Below, in pieces: positions 40,401 to 50,778 of a stretch of 64,000 bases of DNA. A program made the translations under genes and the position numbers. The notes beneath the pieces were generated by a model. It was not told where the DNA came from. It saw only the letters and a list, made by a program, of their open reading frames with translations, and did not search any database. The stretch spans positions 868,001-932,000 of the forward strand of contig JAQGDQ010000031.1 of assembly GCA_030141605.1 (NCBI GenBank), in the 5' to 3' direction. The stretch is from Tubiluchus corallicola (Eukaryota; Animalia; Priapulida). The first letter of the stretch is position 1. Each line of letters starts with the position of its first letter.

Positions 40401-43400
40401 CATTTATCATTGTTATTTACTCGATTTTGGGTTTGTTACTAGTACCTTTGTTATTTGTTAAGTAAATTGTTAGTTAACATGTTAGTGCAATGCAAATGTT
40501 AATGTGTTTTTTGATCGAAAAAATACAACAAGTCGCTCTTTACATATTGCTTTTTCTATTAGTCACTACTGCTTTCTTAACATTATTTTATGTTTTTCCT
40601 ATTTCTTCAAACCACTAACCTTCATAGAGCTAAAAAAATACCAAGTTTCTAATTCTGAATGCATTTTAACTGGTTTAATTTGAAAGTTCCATTTTAAACT
40701 GCATATTTAAAGAAATTGCAGGCATTCTTTTTTCTTGCATAGCCACAAAAATGACCTCACTAACCAAGTGAACATAGAAAATAGCGTTAGCCAGTTCTTT
40801 GAGCAAAATGTGCATTGAGGACTGAAGTGACATCTGTGTTACTGTAAAAATACTGATTTTTAAAAAAGCAAAGTTACTCATTACTACATAACACTGGTTG
40901 TAACTGATGTCGTGTAGATGTTTTATGTAGTGGTAAACATGTAAGCTGATTTTTTTCACATACAGATTAACATCTTCATGACACACTTGTCCAACTACGG
41001 CAATGATCGACTCGCTCTTTACACGTTTGAGAACGTCATCAAGTTTACTCAATGCTGGACGAATCTGCAGCTGTTGTCTGAATCTCCTGTTAAGCTAGCT
41101 GATAGATACTTCAGAATGTTTCCAGATGAGGAGGATCCTGTATGGCAGGTGCGTTCAAGAGCAGACCGTAGGTGGGGTATGGACATGTGGGGGTTGATTT
41201 TTTAGTGGGGCAACATCTTATTTCTGATTTAGTATTCGCTCCTGCAGTTGAACTAAAATGGATATCGTAATTTATTAATACTTATTTTATATTCCCTTGC
41301 ATAAAGAAACAACCTTTGTTATTGACGTTGTAACTAATGCAGGTTATTTTTGTTCATGGAGGCCTGAACTATATCCAGAAATTCAATAGAATGTAATGAC
41401 CCTGATGTAGCTGATACTTTTTAATAGTGTTTGTTTATGTTTATGTTTGATATCTTATGTTTTTGCAACTCACATCAATTTCTTTGCACTACTGTAAACA
41501 TTTTTGCAATTTACCGCAGTCCCCAATTTTTTATGTTATCGAATCTTTCTAGTTTTTGAAACATTTTTTTCTCTAAATGTTTTATAGGTGTCACTAACCG
41601 ATATTTTATTTGCAATGTTTATGTCAGTCTTTGTAGTTCTAAAGCCATTTTTAAGCACAAGAGCTTTTAGTGCACCATAAAACACTATTCAGCCTTACTA
41701 AATCCGTAGACCCTTATCTTGTATGCCGATATCTGAGTATCATTAATCATCCACTTCAGTATCTCATCTATCATATCCTTATATTATCCGCCCCCAACTA
41801 ATTTTTGCCATCTTTTTCCTTGCACGTTTTACTTCCTGTTTTACCACCAATATATGAAGTTATGTTACATTTCTTATTGATTTTTAATACCGTGACTGCC
41901 TTCACGTGAGAGGCTTTCATATAGGCTTTTTATTATAGACCAGTTAGTCAATCACTTAGTAACGTTATAAGATTTCAGCTGTTCACGTATGTATTGTTTC
42001 AATTTTCTTTAAATACAGCCAATAAATCAAAGCCATTTATAATGATACCCTTACATGATCTTTGCTGTCAGTATTGTAGCTGTGACATCTGTAATTTATC
42101 TTATAGAATCCCTGTGATGACAAGCGACACCTAGCCATTTGGGCGAAAAACAAGACGTGTACCAGGTTACCCAGGTTTCTTGTGATTGGGCCACAGAAGA
42201 CAGGGACCACAGCACTCTATACATTCCTCTCCATGCATCCTTTGATCTTTAGCAATTTCATAACTCCATCATTTGAGGAAGTGCAGTTCTTCAATGGCAA
42301 TAATTACTATAAAGGCATAGACTGGTAGGTTCCCTCCCCTTCCTCCCCTTTTCTGATACTGCTTAAAGGCACACTTTTGCATAATAGATACTTCATAATA
42401 GGCACATTTTGCAATAATTCTGTTATTAATTAAAGTATTAGTGTTCACACTAGTGGTGGAAAAGTGGTTCATTCTCATAATGAGATACAAATACCGATTT
42501 GATAACCGATTATAATCACTTTTCAAGTACCATATTACTTGATTATACTGCAATGATGATTGTATTTATCGTACGATTTTTGTAAATTTTCCAAAAAAAT
42601 AAGTTGAACATGATCAATTGATAATATAATCGATAGGCATCTACTACTGGAAAAATCATTGAGGATCAGAAACAAAGCCCAAATCGATTTATAATTGATT
42701 TAATTGATTAATCAGACCCAGCACTATTTGACACCAACAAAATTATAATTTGTTTTGCGTTTTACTGAAATGATTAAACATTTAGTTGTGCAAACTTCAA
42801 AAACCAGTGCATTTTGGGAATTTTTAAAGTCAAAGATTATGCCCCCTAAAATAAACATTTCTGTAATCTTTGTTGCAATAGAATTTAATGTTGTCATGTG
42901 ATGTGATGTGCCACACACTAATTATTATTAACCACCTGAACTAGACATTTACTTGTTATAGATATTTGCCGTTTATGCCCAATTATAGAAACTCGGGTCA
43001 TGATAGTGTTATGTCACCTTGTGCAATAAAAAACCTTTTCAGTACATGTGAAGCAAACTGTTTGCTTTTGCTTATTCTTTGGTATAGTAGCAATGGTTTT
43101 TAAGCTAATACATCTGCAAAAATTGTACCTCAAACATTTATAGAATTAATGGATTAATGGGAATATTTCATTTTAAAATGGAATGCTTCTTTAACATCTT
43201 AAAATCCTTGCTAGTGCTATACTGATTTAATCCAACTTTAAATATTTAAAGTTCTTTACCAAGACATATGGCTTCTCCAGTGAAAAGAAATTCATTCTTT
43301 TGGAATTTGTAATAATTGGTAAATTTGAATAATAGTTCATGGGTTGTTAAGCTTCATAAAAGCCTCACGTTTCTTATTGCTGTATATTCATTGAGTGTTT

Positions 43401-46400
43401 TAGTTTTATTTTCAAAAGCCTTATCTCCAAAGTTGTTGGTGCTACACGTGCTGATTACTTTGTACTCAGGTAACAGTGCATTTTTATTTGTTTCTCTTTT
43501 TTTCATTTTCTCCTGTTTTTTACTTTTAACAGGTACATGGACAACTTTCCTTCTCCGCAGATCAACTCAACACCACACATTTATTTGTTTGAGAAAAGCG
43601 CTACATATTTCGATAAAGACATCGTGCCTAGTCGGGCTTACGCATTGTTACCTCATGCTAAGATAATCACAATACTCATCAATCCAGCTAGAAGAGCTTA
43701 CTCTTGGTACCAGGTATGTACATTCAAGTGACTGCAGGTAACGTGCATTGTTTTCATTTTATTGTCATTCATTGCTTATTGTTATTCATGTGGTGCTGTA
43801 CATCTGGCCATCCCAGACTGAGTTAAATGGTAGAGGAAAAACACCTGAAAGCCGAAGTGCACTCAGGTTTCCAGATGTGGTGTAAATGGTGTCTATTGAT
43901 TTGAAAAGTTTGTAGTTTTTTTGCTTAGTGCTGATTAATGTATCTGAAATATTTCTAGTATCAATTTATATCGTTTATTAAATATAGTTGTATGCTAATT
44001 CGTATTCAGTTTTTTATTAAATCACTGACTAGACATGCCAGGCATGTATTAAATTTCTTTAATAATTGTAGGTATTACATAAAAAAATTTCGTTAGGGTT
44101 AGAGTTAGGTCTAGGATTAGGGTTACAAGCAGAACAAGCAGTACTAATTTGTCTATTTTCTGACCAGTATAGCCATTTACCTGTTATACCTGTGTTTTAC
44201 TAGTGATGGTGAAAGTGAAAACATTATACTGCAGCTTCCTACTGCTAGAAAACTTGGGCAATGTGTTGCCAACGTATAAGTATTCAATGTAAAAACAACT
44301 TTTTTCATGCAGTATTTTCTTATTTTGAGTTTTCTGCTTGGAATAGCAATGATTTATTTAACTTATTGCACAGTATTTGTAGTAGCAGGCTGGCAGAAAA
44401 TGTGTTTTTCACTTACTGCACAATAACTGCTAATTCGTCGTCGTTCTGTTCACTTGCATTGTGAATTTCATAGTAAGTTAATATCTGCAGCTGTACAGAT
44501 GTATTGAACAGCTGTAAAGCTGCATTGCTTATCTGATTTAAGTGAGTTTTTTAACTATTTGCCCAGAAAAGAGCGCTGTATAACTTTTAGCAGAAACGGA
44601 CACTAACTGGATTTGGTGAGGGATTTGGATTATCAGAAAAATTTCCTTCGGATTTTTTATAAACATGTGCAGCACTAGAAATCAAATTCTCTTTCAAAAA
44701 ATTACTTTTATCTCTTGTGGCACAAAATGAAGATTATCGATTGTTTTATACACCACTGCCAAAACAATTTGTATGTTAGGAAAGAGTTAATGCAACATTA
44801 CATCAAGTACGATACTTTCTTTCTACAGCACCAAAGAGCTCACAGCGATCCCGTTGCATTAAACAACTCTTTCTACACCATTGTGTCAGCTGATGAAACA
44901 GCATCCAGAGTTGTACGCGATCTTCGCAATCGTTGTCTAGGTCCGGGAATGTACGCACAACATCTAGAACGTTGGCTGGCTTATTATCCACCTCATCAGG
45001 TAAGTAACCTCATAGCTGCTTCTGTCAGTTGAGAATTTAGCTTAAGCTTAGTGTAGTCTGAGTGTAGCTTTGTTTCTGTACCAGCCATAGAATGCCAGTC
45101 AAATTTATTTCAACTTGTTTTGCGGTTCTTTTGTGTTTTCTGTGCTGCACACGTGTGCAGATATTCATCTCCTCGTACACGAGAGAGAAAAACATACATA
45201 AAATTGAATTTTATAGTAGCCACAATACAAGCTGCTATTTTTTTTCAATCACGCGTAACTCGTCATTGGTTGGCTGTCGCATTGCAGTTGCTTAGTGTTT
45301 TATTGAACAACAGTTTTCATGTTAGGCAAACACTTCTTTCTGTTTCGCTAATCAAGCAGTGCTTGTTGTAGAAAAGGTTCCACAAAACAATATTTTTGTT
45401 GTCCGTTTCTGTTTTTTATTTTTTTCTAGCGCACATGGATGCCAAATTTCTTGTTTTCTGTTTAGTGTTTTTCTGGCTTTAGGTTGAGTTACATGGTAAA
45501 AGAATTAATAATTTTGTTTAAACTGTGCCTATTAAAGGGTAGTGTGTGACCATTGCCTCAATTTTAATAGTATGCCTACTACCTGGTAATTGATGAATAA
45601 TTTTTAAATTCTTTTTTGTCTGGTCGTTTGCTTCTTTGATGATTTAATATTTACGCTATTTTGCTTTGGATGTGGAATTATCTCAAAAATAATTGGATAA
45701 CAACAATTTCTATTTGATAGGCACGCACATACATAATTTTCTGCTCTAGGTTTTTGGCACCTGTTGAAAATGTACACTGAAAGTAAAATCATTAATATTA
45801 TTCAAAATAATTATTATAAATTAAATATTTTCACTGAAGCTTTTCGCAGTCAAAGAAATAATGTCGGCAAAGCTAAAAAAGGCATCTGTCACCATACTGT
45901 ACTGTAAAAGGCATAAAATAAACGTTATGATTGAAAGCCTATAGTTTTGCAACATTCATTTTAAGTATTTGTGATATTCTATAGATAATTTCTGTGCTTT
46001 TTTACCAAAGAGAATTGTATATTGCCTATTTTAGTGACGTATTTTTGTTTTTGTAGTTGCTGATTTTGGACGGGGAGCAGTTAAAAGTTAACCCAGTTCG
46101 AAGCATGGAGCGAGTGCAGCGCTTCTTGAAAACCAAGCCATATTTTTCTTATGAGAAATACCTCAAGTATGTATATTAGTATATGAGTAGTAAGTAATAC
46201 TAGCTTTTCCGCCGACAAACCATTTTTTCCAAAAACTAACATTCAGTAGCTAAAGCACCAATTTAGCAGATGTTTAGGAACAGATTATACCTATTCAATC
46301 AATGTGTGTGTTTGTTGTTAATTAATAGGTGTGTGTGTTTTATTGTTAATTACAGGTGTGTGTGTTTTGTTGTTAATTATAGGTATGATCCAAAGAAGGG

Positions 46401-48489
46401 GTTTTACTGTCAGGTGGTACATGATGACCATACAAAATGTCTTGGGCGGAGCAAGGGTCGCATGTATCCGCCCATGGAACAACGTGCAGAAAAATTCTTG
46501 TCTAATTATTATAGGTAATGATACGATATATTGAAGTATACTGAAACGTAAATTACAATATGTTCTGTGATATATTCTGAACTATATGCTAGCTTCCTAG
46601 AAATTTGTAGGGCCTGTATTTATAATAATGACAATAATAATTTCGTTCAGGACTTATTCCAGGTATAACACCTTAAGTAACTCAATACTTATTTCTAAGG
46701 TGGTCCTGATTATTAGTACCCCATGTTACTTCGATAATTCCGTGTGCTTGGTCGAAGAACCAGTGGTACCATTTTTTAAGTCCTTGGTATGACTCGGTTG
46801 GGAGTTGAACCTGCGACCTCCCTGGTGCGAAACGAGCACGCTACCACCGAGCTGTGCCACCCTATACCAAAGACATGAATGTATTTGAATGCAAAGCTTA
46901 AAATAACTGGTAATTCGATGGTTGAACTTTTGTTAGTATAGTTATTTGTAATTCTCAGTTCTCAGAAGATATGGCAAACTGTCTTTAACTGATTTTTTTG
47001 CGTAACTGGTCATAGATCTGCTGTGAATTGCATGCGCTGGTTGTCTGATTGTATTGTACTGCTTACTGGATGAATCAAATGTCATTGTTTAGTGGTATAA
47101 AGTGTTTTGAATGAGTGGGCATCAAAGGAGTTTTGACCAGACAGTTTAGCTAGTGGTAACGTGTCCATTTTCTGTCTGGGAGGTCGTGAGTTTGATACAG
47201 CGGCCGGGCCATACCTAAATCTTTAAAAGTGGTACCTGCTGTTGCTCTGCCTGGTGCATGGTATTTAGGGTAAAAGTGGGGTAATAATAGTCTCTGTTAT
47301 GTAGTTGTAGGTGCTATTTACAACCGGTGATAATAATTCTTCGAGCTAATGTTAATTGGTCACCCAATAGCCATCTTTAAATAAAGATTATTATTATATA
47401 TACAATTAAAAATATTGAAATTACCTCATAATATACACATATAAAATGCCTTGCTCAGAAGTCCGAAAGAAATTTAAATCATTCTTATCCTTGTTGTGGG
47501 CATATTTGAAAAAAATAATATAAGCAGGTGGACAGTGCAAAAGGCATAACAAAACTTCTGCAGTTCACTCAGAAGTTCCACTATTCTAGTTGATTAAATT
47601 TTTCTGTTTAATTGTGTTTATGTGAAAATTAGTCATCGGATTACGTAGCAACAACTTCTGAGTTCTTACATAGTTTTAATCCGTAGATATATATCTTAAA
47701 ATGCATAAGTACTATGTATATTCTAATTGCAGATAAGCATGAAATTCTGCGAGCCTGCGATCATATAGTAGGTGCCGGGTGTGTTACCTAGCTTGTAGAG
47801 CTCAGTTTTAGGTTGTTAGAATAATCCTTCTTTTACATTGTCGGCATTAACTAGCTGAGTTGAAGATTATTGTATTATTATCAGTAATTGGTTTTCTTTG
47901 AATAAGAGGCAATGGGATTTATTAACAGCAAAAAAATGATATTAATAATCTCTCATTTAACGTTTTGGATTGTTTATAGTTGATAATAGTAACCGCAGCT
48001 GCAAGATGTTTGTTCAAACATCTGGGGATAGGCGTTTATATTGCCTGGTAACCGAATTACATCACTTTTGGTCCTAAGTGAGCCCACATAAGTGTGAAGT
48101 GATCACGATTTTAAATTGATTTTACTAATTACACGAGGCTGTCATCAAAATTTTGCTGATGCAATTTTCTAGCATTTTTCTTAAATATTAAAATAAGCTT
48201 AACTTTCCAAGAGCCTTGACTGTGCTTTTAACACATTTTTTTTTACCAATATCCAAAAACTATTATCTATGGTAATGAAGTTACGAATTGACAAGCATAA
48301 GTGTAACAAACAGACAAATGAGCACTTGGATGATGATTTAGTTGTTTGTGTAAGTTGAGTTAGTGTTTCTCAGAAGTTGATTGTTGCTGCATTTATTTCA
48401 GGCCGTACAACATAGCACTTTCAAAGTTGCTGTCACGTCTAGGTGAGCAAAACATGGAATGGCTGGATGAGGAACTAAAGAAGCGGTAG
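29344..48489 (+). CDS. NDST: Bifunctional heparan sulfate N-deacetylase/N-sulfotransferase (NDST/sulfateless), spliced; join(29344..30254,30875..30947,32930..33056,[35308..35420 OR 37140..37255],37694..37789,38464..38553,39281..39409,40966..41148,42107..42324,43533..43713,44829..44999,46057..46166,46383..46514,48402..48489)
   Basis: Manual splicing with GT-AG introns gives a continuous frame of 2622 nt (exon 4a, 873 aa) or 2625 nt (exon 4b, 874 aa). NDST motifs present: type II TM anchor, [83 protein letters not shown] (5'-PSB), RAYSWYQH (3'-PB), KCLGRSKGR. Confidence 0.96.
30501..30799. mobile_element. MITE with about 30-bp TIRs in the intron after coding exon 1 (possibly PIF/Harbinger-like)
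   Basis: tggtgtattcagactagcgagttttcttgt versus acagaaaactcactagtctgaacgcgcca; internal actcgc/gcgagt repeats. Confidence 0.75.
30875..30947 (+). CDS. NDST: NDST coding exon 2 ([25 protein letters not shown]; deacetylase DD motif)
   Basis: tttcag|A acceptor, CGG|gttagt donor; 73 nt, phase 2 to 0. Confidence 0.95.
31203..31268 (-). mobile_element. tRNA-derived SINE head (degenerate)
   Basis: Minus strand reads gtggccaagt (A-box-like) ... ggttcaaatcc (B-box-like); no intact cloverleaf seen. Confidence 0.45.
32930..33056 (+). CDS. NDST: NDST coding exon 3 ([42 protein letters not shown])
   Basis: ctcttaag acceptor, G|gtagga donor; 127 nt, phase 0 to 1. Confidence 0.95.
34443..34906. mobile_element. 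hAT-like MITE with (GGAGTC/GGAGTT)n subterminal repeats
   Basis: TIRs CAGGGCTGTGGAGT / ACTCCGCAGTCCTG; accounts for the GVGV-rich ORF 34600..34926. Confidence 0.8.
35308..35420 (+). CDS. NDST: NDST alternative exon 4a ([38 protein letters not shown])
   Basis: tttttttacag acceptor, CAG|gtatta donor; 113 nt, phase 1 to 0, open frame, HMWSH motif. Confidence 0.9.
37140..37255 (+). CDS. NDST: NDST alternative exon 4b ([39 protein letters not shown])
   Basis: Pyrimidine-rich tract then tattattag acceptor, AAG|gtgaga donor; 116 nt, phase 1 to 0, open frame, HMWSH motif. Confidence 0.9.
37422..37452. repeat. (TA)n microsatellite
   Basis: Direct inspection. Confidence 0.9.
37694..37789 (+). CDS. 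NDST: NDST coding exon 5 ([32 protein letters not shown])
   Basis: aatttag acceptor, AAG|gtaatt donor; 96 nt. Confidence 0.95.
38041..38397 (+). mobile_element. Dispersed non-autonomous DNA transposon, copy 3 (internally deleted)
   Basis: TTAA|GGGAAAAGTG ... CAGTTTCCT|TTAA; both ends align with 27597..28188. Confidence 0.75.
38464..38553 (+). CDS. NDST: NDST coding exon 6 ([30 protein letters not shown])
   Basis: cttgcag acceptor, AAG|gtgggg donor; 90 nt. Confidence 0.95.
39281..39409 (+). CDS. NDST: NDST coding exon 7 ([22 protein letters not shown]...[12 protein letters not shown])
   Basis: cttacag acceptor, CCT|gtatgt donor; 129 nt. Confidence 0.95.
39518..40095. repeat. Long degenerate inverted repeat (foldback/MITE) in the intron between exons 7 and 8
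   Basis: Nested complementary blocks gagctataaatttccctccaa / ttggagggaaatttatagctc (21/21) and tagaggcatttgtaa / ttacaaatgcctcta (15/15); outer limits approximate. Confidence 0.8.
40966..41148 (+). CDS. NDST: NDST coding exon 8 ([21 protein letters not shown]...DPVWQ)
   Basis: catacag acceptor, CAG|gtgcgt donor; 183 nt. Confidence 0.95.
42107..42324 (+). CDS. NDST: NDST coding exon 9 (NPCDDKRH...[12 protein letters not shown]...FEEVQFFNG; sulfotransferase 5'-PSB loop)
   Basis: cttatag acceptor, TG|gtaggt donor; 218 nt, phase 0 to 2. Confidence 0.95.
42451..42726. mobile_element. Degenerate hAT-like MITE
   Basis: Termini TAGTGGTGG / CCAGCACTA; flanks gttcacac / tttgacac (6/8); internal cgatt/aatcg repeats. 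Confidence 0.5.
43533..43713 (+). CDS. NDST: NDST coding exon 10 (YMDNFP...FEKSATYFD...RAYSWYQ)
   Basis: Long pyrimidine tract then aacag, CAG|gtatgt donor; 181 nt, phase 2 to 0. Confidence 0.95.
44829..44999 (+). CDS. NDST: NDST coding exon 11 ([11 protein letters not shown]...[23 protein letters not shown])
   Basis: ttctacag acceptor, CAG|gtaagt donor; 171 nt. Confidence 0.95.
46057..46166 (+). CDS. NDST: NDST coding exon 12 ([24 protein letters not shown]...YLK)
   Basis: tttttgtag acceptor, AA|gtatgt donor; 110 nt, phase 0 to 2. Confidence 0.93.
46383..46514 (+). CDS. NDST: NDST coding exon 13 ([10 protein letters not shown]...[14 protein letters not shown]...)
   Basis: ttatag acceptor (two further in-frame acceptors 27 and 54 nt upstream), AG|gtaatg donor; 132 nt, phase 2 to 2. 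Confidence 0.9.
46620..46858 (-). mobile_element. tRNA-derived SINE with conserved central domain (Meta/MESC-like by recall)
   Basis: Minus strand: agctcggtggtagcg (A box), ggttcaactcc (B box), then gtcataccaaggacttaaaaaatggtac; ATT-type tail. Confidence 0.75.
47143..47398 (+). mobile_element. tRNA-derived SINE, same core type
   Basis: tagctagtggtaac ... gggaggtcgtgagtttgatac ... ccatacctaaatctttaaaagtggtacctgctg ... taaataaagattattattat. Confidence 0.75.
48402..48489 (+). CDS. NDST: NDST terminal coding exon 14 ([29 protein letters not shown])
   Basis: tttatttcag acceptor, TAG at 48487..48489; matches the NDST C-terminal LSKLL...WL.EEL pattern. Confidence 0.92.
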
Positions 48490-49672
48490 CAGTGATAACG
48501 GGTAAAATTTGCCAGAATATGATCAGGTTATTTACTAGTCTGGTTTAAATGTTAGTAGTAGCTTATTAATTACTGCTGTTTACGTTTCACAGTGATAAAT
48601 CTCATGTCTTATCAAAATGAAAAAAAATTAAAATGTCGAGAGTATTAAGTAGTTCTAGTGTTTTTGTGTTGAGAACAGATTAGCTATGGAAGCTGGAAAA
48701 CTGCACAACTACAGCATTTGTGCATTAGTTAGTTTGGATGTATCACTGGATTTTTTCAAAATTTTATTAGTGTTATATTTTTCTAATTGTGAATCTGTAA
48801 CTATGACATTTCACTGTACAGCGCCTTTGAAAACACTTTGCTTGAAAGTGCACTTATAAAGTATGTTTTATCACTATTTATTAAAACTGAATAAAGTTGT
48901 TCTTATATGTGAGATGCACTTTTTATATTTGATCACATTTACAGGTTGAATATCTCTTGAGCGTAGAATTTAGCTGATCTGAATGACCGGGCACAAACAT
49001 TGAGACACCTAAATGAATGTTATTCCAGTTTCACTCATGTGACTCATAGGGAGATCAATTTACCTGAGAATCTCTGTGGAACAACATTTAACAAAGTAGT
49101 TCTCTAACGATACTGTGCTGATTTGTATTCAGAATGTTAATATCAAAGTGTATATTGGCAAGTGTCGCTTAATGAGAATGACGTCTGGAAACAGCTTGTT
49201 GCCTATATTGGAAGAAACCTGGTCAGTCCAAGTTCAGTTTTTTGTTCATTCAGTCGAAGAGATAGTACGTGGAAGGTCTAATAATGAAGCTATGCAAGCG
49301 TCTTGCATTCTGCAATTCGCTAGCGCTTTGTAAAATTTTCCAATATGGCGAATGGCAAAACCAATGTAGGAGAAACTCAGAGTCCCACTGACGACAAATG
49401 TAAAAAGTTAGATGTAAATTTATGAGTTTACATCAAAATTTCTTGGTGCTGATAAAATTTTAACAGTATTTCGTTCACCCAGTTTCATTACAAAACGGGT
49501 TGCATATATAGTCGTGAATCGTGCTTTTCTACAATTGTGCACTGAGTGCTACTCATTATCATGTATATATTGATAACAATAGACAATATTTAATTAAATT
49601 CCAAGGTATTCTGTAAATTTTATTTTGTAAATATAAAATGTACAGATGTGTAGATGATTGTAGATCAGTTAA

Positions 49673-49678
49673 AATAAA
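49673..49678 (+). terminator. Candidate NDST polyadenylation signal (another AATAAA at 48890..48895)
   Basis: AATAAA in AT-rich sequence downstream of the stop, preceded by several TGTA motifs; no transcript evidence. Confidence 0.4.
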
Positions 49679-50070
49679 CCATTTTAAGTAAGATGTTATG
49701 ATATGTTTCTTAGCTTCTAATTTTAAGAAGTAAAACATTGAAATTTTTATATTGTAAAATGTGTGAGAGAACAGCTTTTTTTCAAGAGATCCTGATTCGG
49801 CAAAATTTTCACAAACTAGTATTAATGTAAGTACATAGCATATATTTCTCTATGTCTCTATCATTGTAATTTAGGAAATCTGTTTTGTTTGTGCAATTTA
49901 GATACAAACTTATGTTTTGTACCTAAGTTGACAATTCTCTAATATACAAAATAGTCACACAAATAAATTTTTATGTAATTCTAATTATACTGATGTCTAG
50001 TATGAAAGTAGGAAGGTTTGGCAGGCTTTTAAAGTCTGACTTAATGCTAAATTAATCGTTTAGTAGCTTA

Positions 50071-50239
50071 AAGTGGTGCTTACCTAGCATCCGGAATGCC
50101 TATGCTTTATGCATTATCTACCTGCAGAATAAAAAATCAGGTCTGATAGACGAGTGCATTGAAAACGATATAAACCGATTTTATCTATTCCGCATCCGCC
50201 CAATGCACACGCATTCTGGATGCCAGGTAAATGCTACTT
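50071..50239. mobile_element. Short MITE with about 29-bp TIRs
   Basis: aagtggtgcttacctagcatccggaatgc versus gcattctggatgccaggtaaatgctactt. Confidence 0.65.
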
Positions 50240-50240
50240 A

Positions 50241-50778
50241 CCGTATTTTCCCGTGTATAAGAGACCCTTTTTTGCTCAGAATTTTCACTTTAAAAATAGG
50301 GGGTCTCTTATACATGGGAGTAAGTCTTTTCAATAAGATGCATAAATTGTGACACTAATGATTTTAAAGAAATAAGTGCTCTACAACTGTTTTATTTCGA
50401 ATAATTATAGTTTCCTTTCAATAAATCTTCTCCATGGCTAAATTCTAATGATAAAATTAATGTACCGGGTAAGTTATTATTTTTTTAAATGTCTCTTTGG
50501 TATTGGAGAGAAATCGACTGTTCTGCAGCCAATCAACGCATCTGCATAAGCTCTCTGCATGCCCGTCGACGTCATTGATACGTCGGCAGAGGTCAACGAG
50601 ATGAGTCAGCCTAAGCAAGGCGTGTCGCGTTCGACTATGAAGCGGTTGTAAGCAATACAAGCATTTGATGAGAGTGATGAGGAATTCTATGATGAATAAA
50701 GTTATTCATTACCAAAAAACTTTTTCCAGAATTTTTGCCTAAAAATTGAAGGGGTCTCTTATACATGGGAAAATACGG
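50241..50778. mobile_element. Tc1/mariner (pogo/Tigger-like) MITE with TA target-site duplication
   Basis: TA|CCGTATTTTCCCGTGTATAAGAGACCC ... GGGTCTCTTATACATGGGAAAATACGG|TA; an internal copy of the TIR motif near 50299..50318. Confidence 0.88.

Noticed and set aside
48487-48498. Stop codon readthrough context TAG-CAG
   Set aside because: TGA and TAA follow immediately, so readthrough would add only about two residues.
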